Positions 18,191 to 26,086 of a DNA stretch of 32,000 nt are shown here, piece after piece. Both the position numbers and the translations under genes were made by a program. Origin of the DNA: Thermofilum adornatum (GTDB lineage Archaea > Thermoproteota > Thermoprotei > Thermofilales > Thermofilaceae); assembly GCF_000446015.1 (NCBI RefSeq), contig NC_022093.1, positions 1,380,001 through 1,412,000 of the forward strand, in the 5' to 3' direction. Below the pieces are notes generated by a model. That model was given only the letters and a program-made list of their open reading frames with translations, was not told the origin of the DNA and searched no databases. Each line of letters begins with the position of its first letter. Positions within the stretch are counted from its first letter, which is position 1.

Positions 18191-19000
18191 ATGAGGAAAG
18201 TTTTGGTATATCTTATCGCGTTTCTCATTTCTCTCTGGATTTTAACCCCAATAATCTACACAGTCTTGGCATCATTCGCTGATATATTAGACTATTACCA
18301 GCATTTGATTCCCCAGAAATACACGCTAAAGTATTATGAAGAGTACTGGAGACTTGGCGTTGGCGACGCGCTTGTCAGAAGCATAGAGATAGGTGTCTTA
18401 ACGGTTCTGTTAAGCTTCCTCATAGGAATACCAGCTGGCTACGCTATAGGAAGACTAAAATTTAGAGGAAGGAACTCTATTCAGCTAACTATCCTCTTCT
18501 TTAGAGTTTTACCAATTGTTGTAATGGCAGTCCCCCTGGCAGTGGTTTTCTTGAAAATCGGGTTGTATGATACAATATTTGGGGTAACGCTCGCACATAC
18601 AGCAATTGCACTTCCATTTGTCGTTCTCATAACCTCAAGCATCTTTGCAGGTGTTCCCAGGGATCTAGAAGAAGCAGGCACAGTGTTTGGTCTTAGTTCT
18701 TTACAAATATTCACAAAGATAACTCTTCCATTAGTTGCTCCCGGACTAGCAGCTGCCGGAATGTTTGCGTTCCTCATTTCCTGGAACGAGGTTGTAGCTT
18801 CAACGATCCTTACATATCTAAACAGAACTCTTCCAGCAGCTGTTTTAGCTCCCTACGTTATGGGTATGGGTGCTGCAGGTCAGTTGCCAGACCCCTACAG
18901 GTTTGCTGCGGCAACCATTATGATAATCCCTGCATTTTTATTCATGGCATATATTAGGAAATATTTGACAGCTATGTGGGGTTCTGCAGGGGTGAGATAG
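18191..19000 (+). CDS. ABC sugar transporter permease (MalG/UgpE-like)
   Basis: EAA loop 'EEAGTVFGLSSLQIFTKITLPLVAP'. ATG 18191 lies 1 nt after the upstream stop; the track ORF starts at GTG 18176. Confidence 0.9.
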   Translation: MRKVLVYLIAFLISLWILTPIIYTVLASFADILDYYQHLIPQKYTLKYYEEYWRLGVGDALVRSIEIGVLTVLLSFLIGIPAGYAIGRLKFRGRNSIQLTILFFRVLPIVVMAVPLAVVFLKIGLYDTIFGVTLAHTAIALPFVVLITSSIFAGVPRDLEEAGTVFGLSSLQIFTKITLPLVAPGLAAAGMFAFLISWNEVVASTILTYLNRTLPAAVLAPYVMGMGAAGQLPDPYRFAAATIMIIPAFLFMAYIRKYLTAMWGSAGVR

Positions 19001-19002
19001 AC

Positions 19003-20067
19003 ATGGTAAGTGTCGAACTACAGAATATTGTCAAAAAGTATAGAAATGTTACAGCTGTAGACAATGTATCCTTTAAAGTAGATCACGGTGAATTTTTTGT
19101 CCTGTTAGGTCCATCTGGATGCGGCAAGACAACTACGCTGAGAATAATAGCTGGTCTCGAAACTCCTGATAGCGGCAGAGTCTTATTTGACGGGAGAGAC
19201 GTCACCAATGTGCCAGCTAAAAACAGGAACATTGGAATGGTCTTTCAAAGCTATGCAGTTTGGCCTCATATGAAGGTCTACGATAATATTGCTCTCCCGC
19301 TTCAGATAAAGAAACTGTCAAGAGAAGAAATAGAAAAAAGAGTAAAGGCTGCCGCACAAATGGTTAATATTGCGCATTTACTTGATAGGTATCCCTTCCA
19401 GCTCTCTGGAGGTGAGAAGCAGAGAGTCGCTGTAGCTAGAGCTTTGGCCTTCGAGCCAAATATTTTGTTAATGGATGAGCCTTTAAGCAACCTCGATGCA
19501 TTATTGAGAGTCCAGGCTAGGGCTGAACTAGTTAAACTACAGAAAGAGCTCAAGATAACAACTATCTATGTTACCCACGACCAAACTGAAGCCATGGTAT
19601 TAGCAGACCGTGTTGCAGTAATGAATAAAGGCAGAATAATGCAGATAGGAACGCCTGACGAAATCTACAATAGACCAGTGAATAGATTTGTGGCACACTT
19701 TATAGGCACGCCTCCTATAAACTTCTTTGCTGGAACAGTAGAGGAAGGCTATATCAATGCGGGTTTCCTAGTTATACCATTCAAAAATATACCCCCAGGG
19801 CTTGTTGGAAAAAAGGTAACAATAGGTATAAGACCCAATGATATCTCGATCTCTCCCATTGAACAAAGCATACCTGTGAAGGGAAAACTAGTTGTTGCAG
19901 AAAATCTAGGTAGCGAATTTATTCTACACGTTGCTATCGGAGATGTTGTCCTAAGAGTTTTGTCAAAGAATAAACCAGCAAAGGAGGAGGTAACTCTATA
20001 TGTAGATAAAACAAAGCTACATATATTTAGTGAAGAAGAAACCAGAATAAACATTCTCCCAGCATAA
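19003..20067 (+). CDS. ABC sugar transporter ATPase (MalK/MsmX-like)
   Basis: Walker A 'GPSGCGKTT', Q-loop 'MVFQSYA', signature 'LSGGEKQRVAVA', Walker B 'ILLMDEPLSNLD', 'YVTHDQ', and a C-terminal regulatory (TOBE-like) domain. ATG 19003 follows the permease stop by 2 nt. Confidence 0.95.
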   Translation: MVSVELQNIVKKYRNVTAVDNVSFKVDHGEFFVLLGPSGCGKTTTLRIIAGLETPDSGRVLFDGRDVTNVPAKNRNIGMVFQSYAVWPHMKVYDNIALPLQIKKLSREEIEKRVKAAAQMVNIAHLLDRYPFQLSGGEKQRVAVARALAFEPNILLMDEPLSNLDALLRVQARAELVKLQKELKITTIYVTHDQTEAMVLADRVAVMNKGRIMQIGTPDEIYNRPVNRFVAHFIGTPPINFFAGTVEEGYINAGFLVIPFKNIPPGLVGKKVTIGIRPNDISISPIEQSIPVKGKLVVAENLGSEFILHVAIGDVVLRVLSKNKPAKEEVTLYVDKTKLHIFSEEETRINILPA

Positions 20068-20114
20068 AATATTTTTTCTTGGGTCTTATAGCTAGGCGGT
20101 CTTTAATTATGTCC

Positions 20115-21152
20115 TCATTGTAGGAGCTTGCATGCTTCACGGTAGATTGGGTCTAGGAATTCATAGTTCTTTATTATGCTCATGTCTTCGAGGCTTCTCA
20201 ATATGTTGCTTAAAACGCTGCTTGAAATCGTTGTGCCCTCTTTTTCTTCTAGGTATTCTTTAACCTGGCTCCATGTCTTTCTGCCCTCTGCTATTGCCCT
20301 GAGGACTAGCCCATATCTTCTGGGGTTGTCCCGGGTCATGTTTCTCAGCTCTTCTAGCGCAGTTCTTACGGCAATGGACTTTATCTTTTCGATGTCTGCT
20401 TCGCCCCTCGCGTAGGCGTTGCCGAAGAATGTTAGCCAGCCTGGTATCCCGTCGAAGTGTTCATAGGCCACTTCGAGGACTTCCTCACTTACCCTTAGGT
20501 TTAGCTGGGCAAAACCTTTTCTCAGAAAGTCTATAGACTGCTCCCTGCTGAGCCTCTCAAGCTTTACCTCGACATAGTATCTTCCATAAAGCGGAGACCT
20601 TGAGTCCTCTATACCAATAAAATCGTATAGCAACCCCACTTCTGAGCCAGTAAGAATAAAGGAAATATTCTTGTCATAGTCATAGGCGTGTGCAATAGCA
20701 TCCTTAAGCTCTGATGACCTCGGTCCCCTCAGCCTCTGTGCCTCATCAATAGCAATGACAATCTTTTTCTTGTTTAGCCGGTCAAACAGCTCTACTAGGC
20801 TCAGAGAGTCGCTCCCCCTCCAAGAAACCTCGACCTCGACCCCCATAACTCTTAACCCACGGATACCCATGAGCAAGTCTTTGATTTTGTCAAGGGAGCC
20901 GCTGAGCCCTTGAGCTATAAGCCGAAACAAATCGCTCCTGCTGTAGTTCCTCCTCAGCGACCTCGCATCTATGAGTACATAGGGAATATCCAGCTCGCTG
21001 AGTGCAACTCTGAGCACAGAAGTCTTTCCTATACGCCTTATACCTGTAAGCAAGATTAAGGGTCTCCCTATACTTCTCTTTAATTCTTCTATCTCTTTTT
21101 CCCTATCGTATAGGTCTTCTCTTCTCTCCTTCGGCCTCTCATCAAACAGCAA
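20115..21152 (-). CDS. Archaeal P-loop ATPase (Arch_ATPase/ATPase_2 type) with a C-terminal winged helix
   Basis: 'DREKEIEELKRSI', Walker A 'GIRRIGKTS', Walker B 'VIAIDEAQRL', and the C-terminal 'ISSSVLSNILRSLEDMSIIKNYEFLDPIY'. Only a TTG start is available: an in-frame TAG lies two codons upstream and there is no Met before Walker A. Confidence 0.85.
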   Translation of the reverse strand: MLFDERPKERREDLYDREKEIEELKRSIGRPLILLTGIRRIGKTSVLRVALSELDIPYVLIDARSLRRNYSRSDLFRLIAQGLSGSLDKIKDLLMGIRGLRVMGVEVEVSWRGSDSLSLVELFDRLNKKKIVIAIDEAQRLRGPRSSELKDAIAHAYDYDKNISFILTGSEVGLLYDFIGIEDSRSPLYGRYYVEVKLERLSREQSIDFLRKGFAQLNLRVSEEVLEVAYEHFDGIPGWLTFFGNAYARGEADIEKIKSIAVRTALEELRNMTRDNPRRYGLVLRAIAEGRKTWSQVKEYLEEKEGTTISSSVLSNILRSLEDMSIIKNYEFLDPIYREACKLLQ

Positions 21153-21189
21153 CTTCTACCCCAGAACATAACTTCTGCCCCAGAATATA
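21152..21189. repeat. Tandem 19-nt repeat (2 copies, 17/19 identical) between a TATATAT box and the TTG start of the ATPase gene
   Basis: On the + strand, ACTTCTACCCCAGAACATA (21152-21170) is followed by ACTTCTGCCCCAGAATATA (21171-21189). In gene orientation each unit contains TTCTGGGG(C/T)AGAA, a short dyad (TTCTG/CAGAA). Confidence 0.5.
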
Positions 21190-21311
21190 TACTTAACCTT
21201 AATCCATTACTCGGGACAAAAACTAGTCATAAATTACCGCTAAAAGTTAAACAGAAAAGTCAAACTAGAAAAGTAAAGTAAACCATAAAAGCATGTATGA
21301 ATTAATGTATT

Positions 21312-22133
21312 ATGCAGGAATTTTCAAGAGTAATTGATTTTCATGTTCACCCACCTCTTGATGCTGAAGATAAGGGCGTCAGTGCAAAGAGCATCGCTGA
21401 GGAGCTACTTGACTTAATGGACAAGAGTGGGGTCTCGAAGGCAGTCATACTGCCAATAGCCCCATAGATTTCCAACAACTACATATACAAGATAGTCGAA
21501 GTGGAGCCGAGAAGGCTAGTAGGCTTTGCATCGGTTGTTCCCAACCCCGCGGATAAGGCGGTGAAGGAGCTAGAGAGGGCTGTCTCGGACTTGGGCTTGA
21601 GGGGGCTTAAGCTTCATCCAGGCATGCAGGGCTTCTGCCTAAGGAGCACGCACGTCTGGAAGGTTCTGAGGAGAGCGGGCGAGCTAGGAATACCGGTAAT
21701 CTTGCACGCCCTATGGATGGATGAATCAAGCCTTTACTTCAAGAGTCCATACAAGCCTTGGGAAAACCCCCTAGAAGACTACGCCCTCCTACCTTACATT
21801 GCACCTGAGACAAGATTGATCTACGCACACATGGGAGGCCTCCTCCACTTTAAAGAAGTCTTCAACATTGCTACGCACAGGAACGTATACCTAGATACGT
21901 CGTACAGCATTATCACTATTGCTCGTGAGGTGGGTCTCGAAAGGCTAGCTCATTACATCAAGTTGCTTGGAGCAGAGAAGATCCTGTTTGGAAGCGACTT
22001 GGTTCCAGGCCTAACCCCCGAAGATTTAGGGCCTAAAAAGCAGATCGAGCTTATCAATAGACTCCCCCTAAGCCAAGAGGAAAAAGAAAAAATACTATTT
22101 AAAAATGCCCTACAGCTAATGGGAACTTCCTGA
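21312..22133 (+). pseudogene. Amidohydrolase_2-type TIM-barrel metal-dependent hydrolase interrupted by one in-frame TAG
   Basis: ATG 21312 opens 'MQEFSRVIDFHVHPPLD...SKAVILPIAP', which carries the HxH metal motif. A TAG follows at 21465-21467. The same frame then continues 'ISNNYIYKIVEVEPRRLVGFASVVPNP...' into track ORF 21501-22133 ('KLHPGMQGF', 'HMGG', 'FGSD'). Confidence 0.7.
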
Positions 22134-22197
22134 AAAGCTATTGTGCTCGGTTAATAGTCACGAACCTTGCTACGTTAGGGAAGAAATAAAAAGGAAG

Positions 22198-22253
22198 CTT
22201 GGGATTTTCAATACCAAGACTTTAAATATTTCTTGGGATTCTAAATACCAAGA
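22198..22253. promoter_or_regulatory. Two copies of a 22-bp dyad element flanking the TTTAAATATT box of the 22253 ATPase gene
   Basis: CTTGGGATTTTCAATACCAAGA (22198-22219) and CTTGGGATTCTAAATACCAAGA (22232-22253) are 20/22 identical. Each is a near-palindrome (CTTGGgATT-N3-AATaCCAAG). Copy 2 ends on the A of the ATG. Confidence 0.55.
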
Positions 22254-23575
22254 TGGAATCACTGAATCCATGGTGGAAGGGCAAAGAGGCTTTCGAAGAA
22301 GACGAGGACTACAAAAAGTGGAGGCAAAGCAGTGTAAGATGGGTGCCCCAGCTATTAGAAGAAATTGAGCTAGAGGCTCCTGCTCTTCATTTCCTTTTTG
22401 GTCCACGACAAGTCGGCAAGACGACACTTTTGAAGCTTCTTATTGGAAAACTTCTTCAAGTAGTTGATAATCCCAGGGCAATTTTCTACTACAGATGTGA
22501 CTTGCTCGCCGACTACAAGGAACTCAATAGTGTGCTCATGGAATACTTGAAAATAAAAAGGAACGAGGTTCTCCGGGTCTCGTTTATTTTTCTAGACGAG
22601 GTTACCTTCCCGAGGGAGTGGTATAGAGCAATCAAATACATGGTTGACAGGGGCTATCTTCAAAACGATATAGTGGTTCTCACGGGCTCTCTAAGCATGT
22701 ATGCGAAAAGAGAAGTAGAAACATTCCCAGGTAGGAGGGGTCGAGGCAGGGACTACGTTTTATACCCGTTAAGCTTCAGGGAATACATAAAGGTTTCAAG
22801 GCCAGACCTATACGGAAAACTCGAGGAAATCAGAGACTTTAGCCCGAAAGAAATACGCGAGAAGTGCTTGAAGCTCATCCCTTGGAGGGAAGAACTAAAC
22901 AAACTGTTTGAAACATACCTAGTAACTGGAGGCTTCCCACTGGCAGTGAAGACCTACCTAGAGAATAGAAGCATAAGCAGAGAGGTGAAGGAGACTTATC
23001 TTTCAGCATTTCTCTACGACCTGGCAAAACTAAGGAGAAACGAGGCAATAGCCAAAAGAGTCATAAAAGCCATAATCGAGAAGCTACCCTCTCCGGTGAG
23101 TCTCAACAGCATAGCAAAAGAGTTCGAAATAAGGTCACACAAAACAGTTTTCCAATACTTAGACCTCTTCGAGAAACTATTCATCGCCAAGAACCTCTAC
23201 TTCGTGGACCCCGACAAGGCTGTTGAGGTATTCTACAAGGAGAGAAAAGTACATCTCACGGACCCATTCCTCTACGAGGTCTTCTCGGAGTGGTGCCACG
23301 TCCAAAAGCCCGACGAGTCAAAAATAGTGGAAAGCGTGGTAGCAACACATCTAGCCAGAAGGTTCAGGGTAGGCTACTGGAGAAACAGAACAGAGATTGA
23401 TGTGATCCTCCCCGACCTTTCACTGGGATTCGAGATTAAATGGGCCGAAAAAACAAAATTATACCCCAAGAGCATAGGAAAAATCAAAAACATAGTCTAC
23501 CTCACAAAAGAAGAATTCTCAGACGAGCCACTTGCAGTCCCCACAAGCGTGTTCCTGAGCTGTCTAAAATTATAG
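22253..23575 (+). CDS. AAA+ ATPase of the COG1373 type (AAA_14 + DUF4143) with a C-terminal PD-(D/E)XK-like module
   Basis: Walker A 'GPRQVGKTT', Walker B 'FIFLDEVTF', a central helical/wHTH region, and the C-terminal 'TEIDVILPDLSLGFEIKW' (D...ExK). Confidence 0.85.
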   Translation: MESLNPWWKGKEAFEEDEDYKKWRQSSVRWVPQLLEEIELEAPALHFLFGPRQVGKTTLLKLLIGKLLQVVDNPRAIFYYRCDLLADYKELNSVLMEYLKIKRNEVLRVSFIFLDEVTFPREWYRAIKYMVDRGYLQNDIVVLTGSLSMYAKREVETFPGRRGRGRDYVLYPLSFREYIKVSRPDLYGKLEEIRDFSPKEIREKCLKLIPWREELNKLFETYLVTGGFPLAVKTYLENRSISREVKETYLSAFLYDLAKLRRNEAIAKRVIKAIIEKLPSPVSLNSIAKEFEIRSHKTVFQYLDLFEKLFIAKNLYFVDPDKAVEVFYKERKVHLTDPFLYEVFSEWCHVQKPDESKIVESVVATHLARRFRVGYWRNRTEIDVILPDLSLGFEIKWAEKTKLYPKSIGKIKNIVYLTKEEFSDEPLAVPTSVFLSCLKL

Positions 23576-23654
23576 ATTCTTGCCTGGAGCAGTTGGACTC
23601 AACTGGATATGTTAAGTTTTAATAACAGCCCCTATACCAAGCCCAGAGAGCCAA

Positions 23655-24932
23655 ATGAAGAAGCCAGTCAAGATAGCCATCGCTACAATCCTTGTTATAT
23701 CCCTAACAATCCTTGCAGGTCTCTCAGAAGCCAAGAAGCCCGAGTCACAGATCCCAAGGCTTGAGGCACTAAACATCACGGTTTACCCCCAGTGGCTAAA
23801 GCTTAGACAAACCCAGGCAAACATGTCAAGCTTCAGCTTCACCTTCGAGAGCACAGCTACTGAACCAATGAGCCTCCAAAACGTCACAGTCCTCCTCTCT
23901 TCTCCGCAGGGCATCAAAGTGGAAAACATCTCCCTTATTCTGGGAATTAATGGCACCCGACTGGTGCTCCCAGCTGTTTTCTCAGAGAGAAATCACACCA
24001 TCATCCTGATGGCTAGCGGGATAAACCTAACGGTTCCAGCCAGAAAACAAATCGAAATAAAGATAGCATACATCCCCGAAGTCGATGCATCAGTACTCAC
24101 AAGCAAAACAGCCAACATGACATGTACACTCCTACTCGACGGCTACAAGCTAACAAACACCATTAACCTGTGGACAAACGCGTCTCTAAAGACGGTGGCC
24201 AAAGGCCAGGGAACACAAATAAACATCTATACAAATGTCACGCTAACCGGAAACAATTCTCTCATACTCAGAGCTACAACAGAAAACCCCCTAGCCCTCT
24301 GCATAACAGGAGCAGACATACTTGTAGCCACTAATCCTGCAAGCAAGGACTTTTCCCTGACACAAGACGGCAACTGCCTCAAAATAACTGGCGCAGGCAG
24401 GCTACCACAGACAATCAATGTCCAAGCCCAACTAAAAGTCCAGAAACAAGACTCACCGATAGCTACGATAAGCATGCAACTAAAGGTGGGAAACAGAACA
24501 ATAACAGTGAAACAAACAACAACAGAGGCCGGCAAGATATTATCTATACGTAAACCCTACATTATACCATACATCCTCACACTAACCACGCCAGAACCAA
24601 TCAACGGGACCCTCACACTCATAATAGGAGAAACAACGAGACAAACAAGGCTCACAATGGGAAAAGCCACCCTAATACTCCCAGAAGCCTTCTGGCCAAT
24701 ACTGACCCCAATACCAATACAAGCAACAGAAATAACGCTTGACGGCTCCCAGACAACCTTCTACGCTGTCCAGGACCAGCCAGAAACAATAATCCCCGGA
24801 ATAGCAACCTTAGCACTGGTTGCCATAATTGCTCTTGCCACGGGATTTATCTTGTATAGAGAAAGGAAAAGAAACAAGAAGAAAAATCCTCCACCAATCA
24901 CTGAATTTATAGAAGAGATAGAGATAAGCTAG
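23655..24932 (+). CDS. Surface-exposed, probably heavily N-glycosylated protein with a signal peptide and a C-terminal TM anchor
   Basis: Signal-like 'IAIATILVISLTILAGLSEA', C-terminal TM 'GIATLALVAIIALATGFILY' followed by 'RERKRNKKK'. I count 13 N-x-S/T sequons. The protein is Thr-rich and predicted beta-rich. Confidence 0.65.
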   Translation: MKKPVKIAIATILVISLTILAGLSEAKKPESQIPRLEALNITVYPQWLKLRQTQANMSSFSFTFESTATEPMSLQNVTVLLSSPQGIKVENISLILGINGTRLVLPAVFSERNHTIILMASGINLTVPARKQIEIKIAYIPEVDASVLTSKTANMTCTLLLDGYKLTNTINLWTNASLKTVAKGQGTQINIYTNVTLTGNNSLILRATTENPLALCITGADILVATNPASKDFSLTQDGNCLKITGAGRLPQTINVQAQLKVQKQDSPIATISMQLKVGNRTITVKQTTTEAGKILSIRKPYIIPYILTLTTPEPINGTLTLIIGETTRQTRLTMGKATLILPEAFWPILTPIPIQATEITLDGSQTTFYAVQDQPETIIPGIATLALVAIIALATGFILYRERKRNKKKNPPPITEFIEEIEIS

Positions 24933-24945
24933 ACATATGGGTAGG

Positions 24946-25046
24946 AATAATAACAATGTTATCATTAATAAAAACAAAGTTATTACATGAAATCTCTTTT
25001 TAAAATATAAGAATAACAAACTTATTATCAATAATAACATTGTTAT
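24946..25046. promoter_or_regulatory. Pair of 17-nt elements, each containing a 13-bp perfect palindrome, in the AT-rich region upstream of 25150
   Basis: AATAATAACAATGTTAT (24946-24962) and AATAATAACATTGTTAT (25030-25046). The core is ATAACA-N-TGTTAT. The centres are 84 bp apart. Weaker relatives (AATAA-N5/8-TTATT) lie between them. Confidence 0.4.
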
Positions 25047-25149
25047 AACAAAAAATCTACAGTTCAAAAGCCGCAAAACTTGGCACATAGGACACACATG
25101 CTTACATCAACTTTAAAAGGATAGTTCACCCACAAAAATTAGGAGTGAG

Positions 25150-25992
25150 ATGCTGTCAAAAGAAGAAAAACTCAGATTTCTCAACACACTGCGAGAAGAC
25201 GAAGAATTTAGACTAGCGGTAGCTGGGCTCCTCGGCTTAAACACTATACTCGAAGAGCTGAAAAAGCTCCGGCAAGACTTCCAAGCCCACTTAGAACTAG
25301 AAGAAAAAAGATGGGAAGAAAACAGAAAACGATGGGAGGAGAACAATAAAAGATGGGAAGAGAACGACAAGAAATGGGAGCAAGTTTTCAAAAAACTCGA
25401 AGAACACAGCAAGATACTAGAGCAACACAGCGAAATCCTAGAGCAACATAGCAAAATACTTGAAGAGCAAAGAAAGCTCTTAGAAGAGCATAGGAAAGTC
25501 CTGGAGGAACACACAAAGATTCTACAGCAACACAGCAAAATGCTGGAGGAGCACTCTCGGCAAATCCAAGAGCAAGGTAAATCACTAGCAGAGCTCAAAG
25601 TTGTTATAGGCTCCATGGGGAGAAGGTGGGGTTCAGACCTAGAACGCACAGTGCTAGAGATCTATAGGCAAGCACTCGAGACAAAGGGAATCAAGCCTGA
25701 AAACGTAGCCAAATTTACCTATGAAGACGTCGAGGGCAAATATTACCGGAGAGGCGCAAAAATAGAGGTAGACATCTATATGCACAACGACACAACCATA
25801 CTCATAGAGGTCAAATCGAGGGCGGAGCTAGAAGACGTCGAATGGTTCCTCGACAAGGCAGGAATAGTGGAGAAGATCATCGGCAGAAAAGCAGACAAGC
25901 TCATCATCGTCGCTGTAAACATAGACAAGGACGCATATGAGAGGGCCCAAGCCCTAGGCATAGACGTAGTCGCTGGTGCAGTAATCGAGTAG
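25150..25992 (+). CDS. Coiled-coil protein with a C-terminal PD-(D/E)XK-like nuclease domain (paralog A; possibly the DUF3782 + archaeal PDDEXK architecture)
   Basis: The N-terminal 'LREDEEFRLAVAGLLG' is shared with 30988-31815. About 90 aa of strict heptads follow. The C-terminal 'KIEVDIY...TILIEVKS...KLIIVAVNID...GIDVV' fits a D...ExK restriction-endonuclease-like core. An SD-like AGGAGTGAG precedes the ATG. Confidence 0.7.
   Translation: MLSKEEKLRFLNTLREDEEFRLAVAGLLGLNTILEELKKLRQDFQAHLELEEKRWEENRKRWEENNKRWEENDKKWEQVFKKLEEHSKILEQHSEILEQHSKILEEQRKLLEEHRKVLEEHTKILQQHSKMLEEHSRQIQEQGKSLAELKVVIGSMGRRWGSDLERTVLEIYRQALETKGIKPENVAKFTYEDVEGKYYRRGAKIEVDIYMHNDTTILIEVKSRAELEDVEWFLDKAGIVEKIIGRKADKLIIVAVNIDKDAYERAQALGIDVVAGAVIE
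25303..25572 (+). repeat. In-frame 21-bp (heptad) repeat arrays: 4 x (K/R)RWEEN(x) then 8 x LEEH(S/R)K(I/V)
   Basis: Trp falls at aa 55, 62, 69 and 76. His falls at aa 86, 93, 100, (Gln107), 114, 121, 128 and 135. The DNA units differ mostly at wobble positions. Confidence 0.9.
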
Positions 25993-26086
25993 GTCCCGGG
26001 AAGGTTTTCCCACAGCCTATAGAAGTGTTTAAAAGTAATTGTCTTGCTGTGCAACAAATATATAGAACCTTTATGAGTGAGTTTAT

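Noticed and set aside
24810-25097. 95-aa minus-strand ORF across the AT-rich spacer between 24932 and 25150
   Set aside because: The Leu/Phe/Ile-rich translation is what AT-rich intergenic DNA gives. It overlaps the 3' end of the glycoprotein gene and the palindromic elements, and it has no recognisable start context.
25303-25572. Regular 21-bp repeats that could be mistaken for a CRISPR-like or minisatellite array (also at 31234-31425)
   Set aside because: The units are contiguous with no spacers. They are in frame and diverge at wobble positions, so they are coding heptads of coiled coils and not CRISPR repeats.
25113-25649. 178-aa minus-strand ORF (Ser/Cys/Leu-rich), and a 65-aa ORF at 25388-25585, antisense to coiled-coil nuclease A
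   Set aside because: They are the mirror image of the Glu/Lys/His heptad repeats. The low-complexity antisense translation has no start context, and the sense frame has clear domain structure.
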